A stretch of 64,000 nt of DNA, from assembly GCA_044892525.1 (NCBI GenBank), contig CM097885.1, forward strand, positions 37,636,001 through 37,700,000, read 5' to 3'. Both the position numbers and the translations under genes were made by a program. This DNA comes from Schmidtea polychroa. Its lineage: Eukaryota. Of the stretch, positions 27,837 to 42,719 are shown piece after piece; positions within the stretch are counted from its first letter, which is position 1, and every line of letters starts with the position of its first letter. The notes under the pieces were generated by a model. That model saw only the letters and a program-made list of their open reading frames with translations. It did not search any database and was not told the DNA's origin.

Positions 27837-30103
27837 TAGTTTGAGGTGAACTTCAGTCGTTTTTCCTACCCGTTGCATTAGATTATATCTTTTTTCTGCA
27901 TTCAACAGGTAAGTTTTTAAATAAAACAGAGTTATTAATTCCGAGTTGAATAAGAGAATTTGAATTGTGAAAAGTTGTTTTGTTGAAAATTTGATTTGAT
28001 TGTGGGTCATCAAATTCATCAAATTCCTACCGATATCGTTTGTTACCCCAACAGTTTCACTTACCATTTCAAAATAATATTTAAAAAAGAAAGTGCCGAA
28101 AATGAATTATGAATTTCAGTAAGGACTTTTCTCCCAGCTTTAGTTGCGACATTCTCAGTATAACTCCTCTTCACATAAATCTTCAATATGTTCAATAGCT
28201 TCTGCTTAAATTCAAACTCCAAATATATTTGAATAATATTCTGAGCAATGCCATCATTCAATTTCAGCATACCGAAAACATACAAATTTATTTAAATATT
28301 TGCAAATGCATCTTACAATGAATAAACAAATCCCATTAAAATATGTTTCCAAAAACAATTTATTATAAATTTTCAAATTATTCACACAGTTCAAAATGAA
28401 AAACAAAATCATCAAAAACAACTTTCAAATGAGGTGGGACACATCCTTCATTAACTACAAATAATTATTTTTTGCCTACTGAAATATGATGACTGTTAGC
28501 GGTTCTGACTAATTGCTGAGTTTTGACTTCAAAAATCCTTCTCCGACAAAATATTTTTGGACAAAATTCGATTGCAGAAAAGAAGTCTTTCTTATACCGG
28601 TCTTCAACATTGGTTCAGTCCAATGGTGTCAATTTCTCAATGAAATCTTTGTATTTTTCATTGACTTCTTTGATTGGTTTTTGGAATTCTAAATAACCCT
28701 CGCCGATTCAAACATCAACATTTTGTTTCCCTTTCAATCAAGGTGCCTATAAAAAATGACTAGTGCTTCTAAATCTTCTTTTTCACTTGGTCTAATTGAC
28801 TTAAATCCCTCTAAATCATGAAGGTTTCCGTGCGCACGTTCTTTCCCGCAGTTATTTAACGCTAACTGCTCAAGTACAGTTTCATATACTTTTTTTGTCC
28901 GAGTGATCCAGATCCTCTATTAATTTAGTGGCTCCCCTAATAAGTATTATCGTATATGTTGAAATTTTTCTTCTTTAGATTCTTAAGGTATAATAATTCA
29001 AACTTCGAAGGTATTTCTCCAAGAGGTGTAATCTTAATTTCTTCATTTTTTCTATTGTTGGCACATACTCTGTTTCGTTCTTACATTCACAGATAATCAC
29101 TGTCTCTTTAGTGAACTTGATTTTATTTCTGTTGAAAATAGTAAGATAAGAAGTTGCTCCCACCAAATATTTTTGGATTTGCATATCAAAGTCTCAACTA
29201 TACTTTTAACCCTTAAACGAACTCAACCTAGCTTACTTAGGTACAGCAACATGAATATTTCTCACGCATCCAATTTAATATTTACCTGTATCAGAAAGTT
29301 GAGATAAGTCGTTTTTACAAGATTTATTAGTTCTTTAAAAATAACTTTCTTAAATATTTCGATACAGTTTGAAAATATTATTATTAATTCATTTGTTTAA
29401 ATATTCCTTATTTTCAATTATTAATTGTTAGCGTGAATTGTACTTGATAAGCAATGGAAACATAAAGTGCAATGTTGTTTAATGTATTTAGTTGGCGTTT
29501 TTCAATTATTAAAACTTTGGCATCTTTCTCAGATTTTTCATTTAAAAATCAAAAATATAACAATAAAAGTATTGCAAAAATATTATTAATAAAAATTACT
29601 ACTTACAAATCCCATTGAATTATGCTTGAAAGAGTGAACCGTAAACTGTAAAATATTTTCTCCAGATTTTTCACTGTAAAATTATTATCTGAAGAATTAT
29701 TCTTTCAAAATATGTAAAATCTTTACAAATATACTTAATAAAAACTAAATTGGGATTTTTGGAATCGTTTTTTCCCACTCATAACAAATCAAAGAGCAAA
29801 TTTATAAAAAAAAATTATTCATATAATCGAAGTCATTTAACAATCTCACTCTTCATCATTTCAATAGTACTTGGGATGTTGATTAATAAATTTCCATCTC
29901 AATTTTCTCTGAGTGGTGTTGGCTTCAGAAAAACGCACAACTCACTTTTCTTAATGATTCTATAGTTGATATCACAATTTTCCCCATCCAGAATATTACA
30001 GATCAAATAAAACTACTCATTATATATTATTTTATGATGAGATTCAGCATAAAGTGAAGAAGAAAATGAAATTTAGGCTTAAGTTATATTAATTACAATG
30101 CTG

Positions 30104-30285
<182 letters not shown>

Positions 30286-30889
30286 GTATTATTGCTTAAC
30301 ATTATATATTAAAGTATGGGTTTTAAAAACGAGGTAAATTAAAATTCGGAAATCAAATTTAAAGACAAAAATTCTTAAGAAAATTGAAAAATTAAGTTTT
30401 ATTTGTCCTGGTGGAAACTGCACGAGTGGGTAGCATATGAAAGATGGATATGAATACAATAAATATATATCGATGATGAGTCCCTAGACAGAGTTATTCC
30501 AAAATACAAACTAAATAATTAACTAACATTTTGTTGATGACATTAACCATATAAGAGATTTATTATAATTTGGATTGGAAATTTAATCAAATATGGACGT
30601 GGTTGATGTAGCTGTGGTATTATATATGCTGACGCAAATTTAATTTAAGCTGTCATTTTCCATTTAATTGAAATTCCAAAAAAGAGCGAGGATAAATACC
30701 AAACCGTTTTAAAGAAAAGAAACGTGTTAATAAATTGTTAATTGTCTGTACCAGATCAGATTCTTAAATAGTTATAAAAATAAATAATTAGTTTAAAGTA
30801 TTTTAATGATGGTAAAAATAATTACATAAATAATAATAATTATAAATAATTAAAGAAACATGAAAATGATTTTATTATAGAGAAGTATA

Positions 30890-31340
30890 ACTCAAACATT
30901 TGTTTTACAATATATTTCGATAGTTTCCATGCAATCAAGTAGGATAAGAAAAATTATAGATAATAATGATTTTATCAACACTTTTTTAGTAATTTTTCTA
31001 TCAAATATAACATTAATAAAATTTTAATTTAAATAACAAATTATTTACAAATTTTTCTAATTATATTTAAAGAATTTTAAAATATTTAACTATAATTTTA
31101 TTTTAATATAATTTTTATACTTTTTAATTTGAACAATCATAAATGTTTTAAAATTTAAAATTTAAAAATTATTTAACTCAATAATTTTATACATACCACT
31201 TACCCACAATTTACAACCGAAACTATTTTAAACATTCCAAACCCAAATGTTCACAGGTTTTTGCATATTAACTTTTGAATCCATTGATATTATCAACAAA
31301 ACTTCACAAGTTAGACGTTCATAATAAAGTTTTAATAAAA
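30890..31340 (-). mobile_element. Decayed PLE 3' end
   Basis: Minus strand YYERLTCEVLLIISMDSKVNMQ resembles the family A endonuclease C-terminus; degenerate hammerhead-like motif near 30905-30942. Confidence 0.55.
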
Positions 31341-31448
31341 TTATCAGATTATTAAAAAATTATCAAAAAAATTAAGACACGTCTATTTTTATCATAGTAT
31401 TTTGCTCAATTTTTTGATAAAATAATGATAATTTTTATATTTTCTAAG

Positions 31449-31590
31449 ATGGCAAATTTTCGAAAAGAATTCAATCCCGAATTTAATTTGGAATCCAGAT
31501 ACATTTCATTCCAAGGAACAACAGATTCCAGGACGGTCGACGAGTATACAACCCTCGTTAATAATAAAATTCATCAAGCTAACTATCAAA
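31449..31590 (+). CDS. Protocadherin coding exon 3 (cytoplasmic)
   Basis: T-rich acceptor TTTTCTAAG|, open frame MANFRKEFNPEFNLESRYISFQGTT...ANYQ, donor |GTAAAT at 31591. Phase 0 in and phase 1 out bridges exons 2 and 4. Confidence 0.7.
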
Positions 31591-32639
31591 GTAAATTATT
31601 TTTGTCGTTTAAACGATATCAATTTTAAAATAAAATGATAATTTTAAAAAATTAAAAAATTAAAAATGACAAACCACAGCAAACATCTATAGAAATTCTA
31701 CAGAGATTATTTGACTTTAATCTATTGTTTTAATAAAATAAAATGAATATTACAATTATGAAACTGTTTTATTTGTTGTGAAAGAAATTTCCAATTAACA
31801 GAAATTTTGTGATTTAATTTTAAAAAGCGCGTTGCGAAAATTATTATCTTCTTATTATTGTATTATTTTTTTCTAATCCGATTTCCCATCAATTTGCAAC
31901 CATCCCCAACATTGGCTAAGGCACCCGGTCATACAAATCCTACTTAATAGAATTTAACTGTTCATTTCTACATATTAAAATGCTATAAATAATCTGAGTT
32001 GAAAGAATTGGTTAAAATTAAAAAATACATTTTTTAAAATATTTTGTGTTAAATTTTAAATTCTGGTGGAAATTGCAATATTAATAACATATTTTTCCAG
32101 GTATCGAATATAAATCAAATTTTGTGGAATAAAATAAAATAAATGAATAACTAATTATTGGTTAATTTTCATCCAATTACAAAATTTTATTAACAATTTG
32201 AATTTCAAAAAATATATATAAATGATATGTAGTAGGTAGAAGTGAGCCATATAGACCACACAAAGGTAATGAGTCATCACATGCTGAATAAAAGAAATGA
32301 GTCACCGGATGATTCATGGAGGACGTCGATGACGTCACCCATGGTCCATTGATGAGACAAAAAATAAAAAAAACATTTCTCCTTCCCTTTGGCTATATTC
32401 ATTTTCAAAACATTTTCTAATTATTCTTAACACATTTTGTCTATCTCAAAGTTTTCTAAGTGAAGACAAAGACTCTCGTGGAAATTGAAAAATTCTCCTA
32501 GAAATATAATCTTTATAAATTTATAAAAATAATAATTTATTCACATAAATCAGAGAACACCATTTTAAAAAATATTTTTACAATATATTTTAACAACGGT
32601 AGTGTCAATGTTAAAATTATTTCAAAAAATTTGTAAAGT

Positions 32640-32930
32640 TCGTGATGTGTTCAATAATAAATTTGTGACACTTTTTGGTTCATGTTTTGACATTTATGTA
32701 TATCATTTTTCTTGCAATGGGTGTATTGCCATAAAAATTGTAGAGACTACCCTTCAATTCTGTATATGAATTCGAGAGCATACCCGATTGAATGAAAATA
32801 ATAATATTTTTGAGCATAAAAAGACATGCAAGTTAATAATAGACATTTCCAATTTTAAAGTGTTATCTAATTGTTTCCAAGACTATTGGGAGCGTATTAC
32901 TCGTGAGGCTTTGATGACAAAATTATTGTT
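32640..32930 (+). pseudogene. Decayed PLE GIY-YIG endonuclease fragment
   Basis: VYHFSCNGC...ETT...IREH...DISNFKVL...DYWERITREALM, parallel to 11843-12148. Confidence 0.7.
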
Positions 32931-33599
32931 ATCTTTATCTTTTATATAAGACAAATAAAATTTCCATAAATCGATGTGATAAATTCACTGTAAATATTCT
33001 TTAAATAGTTTTTCAAAATTTTTAAAAGCTTTAGCCTTTTTCTATTGTGAAATATAGAACTGGTGAACTAATCTTTCAAATATTGGTCGACCCTTTCCAA
33101 TAGATGTACTTTGTGGATCTCTTAATAAAACATTCCATGTTTCAATGGCCCATGGATTTGATTTAATGCGTTCCTAGGCCTTTAATATTTTATCAGGATT
33201 GCTAACTTTATTTTCTGCCATATATTCAAAATAGCACTAAATATTGCCTATTTTAACAAAAAAAATAACAAACTTCCACTGACATCTTTTTAAAGATATT
33301 TAAATAAAAAAACCATTAATTCAAAAACCAATTCCGAAATTTCCGGATAATTTGAAAACAATATAATTCCCAAAATCAATGCGACTTTCCGCGTCTGTGT
33401 GAAAGGATTGAAGGATTGAAAGCAGATCAAAATAATATTTTTTCTCCAATATGGCGAATTAATCGCGCTAGACTTTGTGTTAAATATTGATTATCTTGTG
33501 TATAAATAAATAAATGTATTGTATTGACATGTGCTTGTTATAATAATAATAATAGTTTGATGCTGTATATCAAAGAAAGATATAATACGGAGATAAAAT

Positions 33600-33700
33600 C
33601 AGGGGCGTGGAGTCGTAAAAAATAAGTACTAACTCCGACTCCAACTCCAACCGTTGAAATTTTCAGAGTACGACTCCTACTTCGACTCCGACTCCGACTC
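33600..33700. repeat. DNA-transposon-like end with (GACTCC)n subterminal repeats
   Basis: CAGGGGCGTGGAGTCG followed by several CGACTC/CAACTC units; no clear matching right end. Confidence 0.4.
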
Positions 33701-34115
33701 AAACTCGTCTCTAAAGCTAAAGTGTATCTGGGAAATATCAAAAGCAACATCCACAAATCCATCTAAATTAAAATTAAAGTTTACACTAAGAAATAATTTA
33801 CAAAAGAAAATCCAGTGGTCACAAACAAGTCTTAAATTAATTTTTCAATTCTAAATATATAAAGATTATTTTTCTAGGACAAAGCGTTTTCTATTTGCAG
33901 AGGAGGTCTTTGTTCTAAATATTTTTAAAAAGTTTTTAAATTTCTACAAGTTTAAAAATAAAATTACAAAAATGATTATCAATTAACATTGAAAATTCAT
34001 TTAACATTCAAATTTTTATAGAAATAAGTTTTTAAAGAAAAACCAGTGGTTACTAAAAGGTTTTACATTTTAAGATTGTATTCTATGACAAAGCATTTTC
34101 AATTTGCAAGGGATT

Positions 34116-34308
34116 CATAGACAAAGAGAGTCATAGACAAAAGGAGGCATAGACAAAGGGAGTAATAGACAAAGGGAGTCATAGACAAGGGAAGACATAG
34201 ACAAAGGGAGTAATAGACAAAGGGAGACATAGACAAAGGGAGTAATAGACAAAGGGAGACATAGACAAAGGGAGTCATAGACAAAGGAAGACATAGACAA
34301 AAAGTCAT
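34116..34308. repeat. 15-bp minisatellite (ATAGACAAAGGGAGN)n
   Basis: About a dozen 15-16 bp units with an invariant ATAGACAA core. Confidence 0.9.
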
Positions 34309-36621
34309 AGTAACGTCATCGTCTTTGTTTGAATGACCTTGACTTCCTTCATTACTCATCCGATGACTAATTACCTTTATGTGGTCTATATGATTCGCAT
34401 CCATCTATTGATAAAGTTGATAAAGTAAGAATTAGCCAAAATATTAAAAGAATTTGTAATTAACTAGTACATGTCAACAAAAATAGTTGTTGTTTTAGTG
34501 ATTGAGAGATTTTATTAATTATCACGAATTGTCTTGATGAAAATAAATATTGCTATTATTATGTTTGATGGTTTCGTCTAATGTTGTTTGGGATTATTTG
34601 ATAAGTTCTAATTAAGCAAGGTAATAAAGTAAACAAACTAATGTATAAATATTATTATAAACATATTTGTCATTCGACTAGAATCAATAGAATAATTGAG
34701 AAAAATATAATGATTATAAAAAGACATAGGATTAGTAAAACTGATGAAGAAATTACATTTGTATAATTTATAATTATTTTAATTAACATTATATCAATTG
34801 TTTATTGATGCTCAAGGACACAAAGTTAAAAATAAACAAATAGTGTTGATGTGTAAATAAACAACCCATTATTTTCTGAAGACTAAGGATAACATCCTAC
34901 TTAATGTATGCCTCTAAACATTTCAATTCTATCATGAATGACGGATTCCTGTAAAAGGGAAATTTTATCTAGAAGCATAAGAACAATTTAGTTTATTCCT
35001 TTGAAATTTCTTATTCTAATTCTGAGCATACGAAGATTATTCGAAAGGTTTTCAGTCGGATAATAAAGGAATATATTTTTATTGTCAAAATTATTTCTCT
35101 TTCTCAATATAATCGCCTGTCGGGAGATGTTTCAGTTTTTTCTCCCATCACGCAAGTACGACTTTTCAACCTTCTCAAATACTTGTTTACCGCCGTCTTT
35201 ATCTCATTATTGAAGAAATCCGTTTACCCTTAAGGAAACTTTCCTTCAAATAAAATTAATGACATTCTTCGTAAAACGGTTTAAAGTATACTTCTTATCC
35301 CGAGATCCCGATGCATATTTCAATCTCGAAATCTCATGATTTACACATTTTCTGAAATTTAATTAATTTTTAGTTTAATTTTGAATTTAAAATTTAATTT
35401 AATTTTTTTTAAATTGTAGAAATACATATAAAAATTTAAATTCCAGTGGATAAAAAAGCCATGACTATTTCTATTTGACTGTTATAGCAAATAAAATTAC
35501 AGGAATTTAAAATTTTAGCAATTATTTTGAAAATATTAATATATTTAGTATGCCTATGAAAAAACAGGAGATATTATATTTACGAAATATAGATACGTTT
35601 TTTTCCAATTTCACCACTGATTTAGTTTTCCATTTTATTTTATTTATTTATTTAAAAGAGCTTGAGGATTTTAAATCATTTATATATCTAAAACATCGAT
35701 ATATTACTGATTCAAGTTATTTTAAATAAATAAATAAAATAAAATATAGATAAACAATTAAATAATTTAATTAACCCGAATTCAAAAAGTTTATTATTTT
35801 ACCACGTCATTTAATGATTACTCATATATCACATTCCTTCTTTGTAAGAATCATCGGTAAACAGGATTATCATTTTTTGTGAACCAAATATAATTTCATG
35901 TCCAGTTGTTGACGTTTTATACAAGTTTTAAAAGACCTGAATGAAAAGAAGATTCGCTAACATGTAACACCTACAATCGCTATTAGCTTTACATTGAAAA
36001 ACTGCTGGAAACAGATAATAATATTAGTCAAAGACCGTTTCCAGCTTTAACTATTCGAATGAAGCAACGTCGTACGGATTACGTACACAATGACTTGGAA
36101 AGAATCTATCACTCCGTAAAAGAGTTCATTTTAGTTCCAACACCAAAAAAGTGCCGTAAATTGATCGTAAACTTGACAAATTCCAAGAGGTTTCTTTGCA
36201 GGAGGAAGTTGCTGAAATCATTTTTGAGAAACCGCTAAATACAGCAAAAGAAATTAATAAAGCAATAATCATTGGCTTAAAATCTTTAAAAAGATATTGC
36301 TGTATATGCAAATTGAGGATCACACGGTGATTATTTATTGAGAGGATATCGATATTCAAAAACAATAAAGCCAACACTCAACGAGTTAGAAAGAGCCTTT
36401 TTTTGCTGTATTATTTTGTAAAAAATAACAGTTCTTTGAGTGACAAAAGTTATGGACGAACTCTGTTTCCTCAAATACCACTTTCACAAAAAAGACCTTA
36501 ATCAATGTCTAATTAATATTTGTTAATTTTAAAACAGCATTAAATTAAGAATTTTTAAATAAGTAAAGTAAAATTTTTCTAATTTCAAGTTTAAAGCAAA
36601 TTTTTGTGGAAATATTTCAAG

Positions 36622-36741
<120 letters not shown>

Positions 36742-36745
36742 GTAA

Positions 36746-36945
36746 GTAACAATAACAAGTTACTAACTACGTGCTACCAACAACCAGATACCAACTATCA
36801 ACAACTAGTTAGTAACAACCAGGTACAGACATCCGGTTTGCAAAGAACTAAAGAATATTAAACAGGGACCAACAACCAAGTACTAACAACCAAGTACTTA
36901 CAAACAATTACCAACAACCAGATAATAACCACTAAGCACCAACAA
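36746..36945. repeat. Degenerate 14-bp minisatellite (AACAACCAAGTACT)n following an (AAT)n tract
   Basis: Repeated AACAACCAAGTACT, AACAACCAGATACC and AACAACCAGGTAC units. Confidence 0.65.
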
Positions 36946-39019
36946 TTGGTGATTGTATAACTAAAATCCATAATAAACTTTTTTCTTCATTCCTTATTTA
37001 TGTGATCTCAATAAAAAATAGGTGTAATTATTTTGAATGAGAAATAGTTGAATAGAAAAATTAATAGAAAATTTTGTTCTCAATATTTTTGTATTGGATT
37101 TTGTGGTTTCATCAAAAACACTTGTAAATTATTTTAATAGAGAATTTTGATCATAGAATATCTTTTATAGAAAAATATGATAGAATGATATTTTTGTACA
37201 CAGTTTTCAACTGGAAAAGTTTCTAAATAACAAAAGCACATGTAATAATAATTTTAATAGAGAATTTTGGTCACTGAAAGAAAAAGATTTTAAGTAAATA
37301 TAGTTAAATAGGAATTTCTGGGCTCATAAAATATTTATTAATAAGCTAGTGAAAGTAAATTTTAATAAGATTTCAATGCTGAAATTTGTAACATAAAGTC
37401 ATCAATAGACCTGAAATTAAATAATACTTAATTATTTTTAATTAAATATTTAAAATTTAAAAGATAATATGAATTAAGTTTATCAATTTCTAATTATAAT
37501 TTGTTCAGCAAATGTTTTCAAAATGGAAATAATAATTAAATGTTTCAATAAAATAATTTGAAATAGTGGATAAGGCTTGAATTAAATTTGAATATACTAT
37601 AAATGTGTTTTAAAATGTATTTAAAATGTAGTTAAATAAGGAAAAACCTTATAATGATAATATTTTTAAAAATCTACAAGTAATAAAATATTTTGAAATA
37701 AAACAAGTAAGGTCTTGTAAACTAAACAATCGATCTGAAATAAAATTTAAATAAAATTTTTAAAGTAATTAATAAAAGTTATAATATAAATTTGATGAAA
37801 ATTTAATTGTCTAATTATGTAAATAAATATTTTTAAATTGATATTAATTTGAATATTTTCTTCTTGAAGATGAATTTATTAAAATAAATTCTCAAAGTTA
37901 ACTTACGTGTATACACAATAATTTTGATTGTTTTTTTTGTGTGATAACAAAAATATTAAATATGTTCTAAAAATGTAAAATAATTTGTTAAAACTAAACT
38001 TACATGTTTATTCAACTTTGATTGGTTGTTTGAAACAATTTTCTTTTACACCATCGAACCAAAAATTGACGATATTTTTATCCCAGCAAGCTAAAAGCGC
38101 ATTTTTTCGTATATCTATGAAAGTGTGCGTATAACGTATACATGTTTGTTTTTTGCACGAAAAGCGTAGGTTACGCTTCAAAAGCGTACAGTTGGCAACC
38201 TTAGTTGTTTCGTGTTTTCAATATACTCTAGGAATGTAATAAAGTTTACTAAGATTCAAAAGATATAGAGTAGCAATCAAAACCTTAAAAATCATCATAA
38301 TAATTAATCATTTTTTTCAACATTCAACCAATTAAATCACTTAAGATTAAACTTTCCTTTAAACAGATCAGTTCAAATTATCTTAATTCTCTATTTTAAT
38401 CACCTAATTATTCAAATGATTCGAACCCTTAAGTCTGTGTAAGTCCCCAACTGATGAATAAATTAACCACTTATTCATCGATGTCTGAAACACAATGTTA
38501 TTCATGTAGGTAAATCCATTAAACCAAATAAAGTTCTCGAATAAATATTAAGTTTCCTTCAAGGGAACTTTTTCAGTAAAAGTCAAATATATTTAAATCA
38601 TCATTATGCAACATACGATATCATAGCAACTAAATCCATGATTTTTTTTCCATTTTCTTCAAAATTCTTCAATCTAAATTATCATAAAATTCTCTATTAA
38701 ATATCATATCGATAACATTTCGTTAATTTATCGCTGATTTCCTAATAAATTAGAGCCTACCACATCTTTAAAAATAAATTATTCTAAATATACAGAAATT
38801 TCCGTAAGTTTTCAATAATTTTCGTGTAAATCTCAAAAATACTTCAATAATTACCACACCTTGACAAAATTAACGGGTTTCACATGTGTCTTTCAATATT
38901 TAAATTAAAAATTTTATTATTAAAAAGTAAAAACTTTCTAAGTACTCACTAAGAAGGAAATATTCTTAGGAGAAAAAGAAATCAATTTATCAAACATAAT
39001 AATAATAATAATAATAATC

Positions 39020-40085
<1,066 letters not shown>

Positions 40086-42530
40086 AAAAAAGAATATGAT
40101 TTAGCGAAAAGTAATAAGATCTCTGGAGAAATAACTATTGTTGTTTTGTTTCTTTTTTATTTTCATGAGTGTTTTAATCTCTCAAATTCTAGCTAATCAT
40201 ATTTATCTATTTTGTCATTATTATTTTTAATTTATTTAATATATTCAATTTTTACAAAATAAATGTTCAAACGTATAATCTTTGGGATGAATTTGGTTAG
40301 GGATTTTCATTCATAGTGATTTTTCCTTATCTGTTAATCTAGCATTTATAATTTTATTTATTAAAAAATTTACAGAAAACTTGGTTTATTTATAAAATAC
40401 TTTTTAAAATTGTCACGTTTCATATTTTAAAATATAGATTGAAATAGATAAGAAAAAGTAAATTTACAATATTTCTTTTCAATATTGTCGAGAAATTTTA
40501 ATTTTTTCTTTTTATTTCAAATTTTATTTTAATGAAGTTAAAACATTTGAGTTCATCCTTAAATTTAATATCCAAAATATGTATGTAAAACTCATTGTAT
40601 TGGATTATGCAATGTACAAATATATTGATTGTCCATTTCTTTGACCTTTGATGAAATTTCATAACTCTAACGTCCTACAAGTTGTGCCATCGCTGTAACC
40701 ATAATCCTCTTTAAACATAATCATAAGAAATTCATGTGGGTTATGATATTGGATATTATTTATTTGTATTTTCTATGTTATTCTCGGCGTACTAGTGTTG
40801 AGGTTTTGGGAATCTCAACTTGATTATTCTTGAATATATATTTACAAATGTTTACAAATTCAGAGGTTTTTATTTTGAATATAATTCTTCGTTTTGACTG
40901 TAACTTCATTATTTCCGTGTGTACTTTGAATGCTCTAATTTTGTGGTGTCTTAACCTTTGAAGCTACAAAATCCCCCAAAACATTATTAGTTGTGTGTTT
41001 CCAGTCGACAATGGCTAACATGGAAGTGCTGTTTAATAATTATATTACATAACTTAATTGTTTATAGCAAAGTTTACTTAATCATCAAACAAAAATATAA
41101 TTATGAAAGAGTTGTTTCTTAGTAACGTTTATATAGTTTTCAGCAAACAACTTTACATCAAATATTTCAGTAAAATCTCGCGGAGCACATCGTAGGCGGG
41201 TCGCTACTATTTTAAAATAATCTTTTATTTATTTATAATTAGTCAGATCCAGAAATGATAGACGTTATTTAGAAAACTGCGGTTTCGGAGTTTCTGTAAT
41301 TGGCCTAATCTTTTCTACATTTACCTGTATTACATCTTCACTGATGGTAAAACAAAAGAATTTGGTTTTTGTTAATTTTTCATTTATTCAGATTTAATTT
41401 TGATTTTGTCTTTTTTAAGTGATTTTGAACAATCCAATAATCAACTCCTTGTATCCATTTTACATTTTCCTTGGTGTACCTGCCGTCATATCTTCAAATC
41501 TTCATATCCAACAGTTTCGGCGCGCTCTTTTATAAGGGTATTTCTTGCTAATATTTTCTCATCTCTTCGGTCGTCATTATGTGAACATTTTTGGCGTGGT
41601 TGACAGTTAAAATGCTCGAGTTAATCATAGGATTTATTTTTCAAATAACATTGTTAACAAGAGACTTAGTTATAACAAATTTTATTCTTCGAGAAAAATT
41701 TCCAACACGATATTATATACTCTGCATTACATAATATCTGCATTACAGTAATCTAAAAATGAGTTTATTGGTTTAGTAATTATTGATACAGAATATCTAC
41801 AAACACACATACATACCAACATTCAAAAACAACCTACAAACATCATAAATAAATTCTAATCTTGATAAATGAACTACGATTTTGACATATTGTGAAACAA
41901 GTTAGTTTATTTAATTGTGTAATATTTATTTATAATTCTTCCTTACAAATATATTTATACAACTCTTTAAATAATAAAGTTTGCGTAATCATAAACTCGT
42001 TGTATTGGATTATGCAATTTACAATTAAACTGATTTCCTATGCTGTATTGGACATTTAAAGAAATATCCATAAGTAATAGTAATAAATTAACTAATAGTA
42101 AAATTTATATTTTGGAATATTTTACTAAATTTTGTATTTGGTTGCTTTGTGCATTTTTCACAAGTTATTTATTAATTTGTTTTACTGAGCCGATCATTGC
42201 TTAGCAATAAAAGATGATTAGTTAAAGATTCAAACAAAATATTACAATCCATTTTATTTTAAAATGAAACCCTTAGACAAAATTCGAGAAAATACTTGTC
42301 TGGATCTAAAAATCACAGGAAGTATTTGCCATATTATTTGATAAGTTTTTGCATGCATGTTATTTTTTAATATTAATTATTCTTTATAACGAATTCATCA
42401 TATACCATTTTCATATAAATACATTTGAATGTATAATTGGGAGTTTATGAAATTGGATTGAATAACTTTATAAAAACTAAAATTTGTATATTTAATAATG
42501 AATGAAGAAGTCAGTACCGAAAAAAATAGT

Positions 42531-42719
42531 CAGTGGCGGCTCGTACTCAAAAATTTGTGAAAGCAATAAAAAAAATTTTCTACAAAATTCTTTAATTACT
42601 AAATCATAAAAATTGTTCTTAGTAGCCAAAAGTTCTTTTAATAAGTTTTTTTAAATTTAAAATATAGAATTTCTCAAAATTTAAGTGCAAGCATTGCTTA
42701 TATGGACGAGCCACCACTG
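42531..42719. mobile_element. hAT MITE
   Basis: CAGTGGCGGCTCGT...ACGAGCCACCACTG; TSD AAAATAGT/TAAATAGT. Confidence 0.85.

Noticed and set aside
26290..29200. Traces of retroelement-like coding on the minus strand
   Set aside because: Too decayed to assign boundaries or family by eye.
34116..34308. CRISPR-like array, and ORFs 34099-34404 and 34115-34300
   Set aside because: Units are contiguous with no unique spacers, the context is eukaryotic, and the ORFs are repeat translations.
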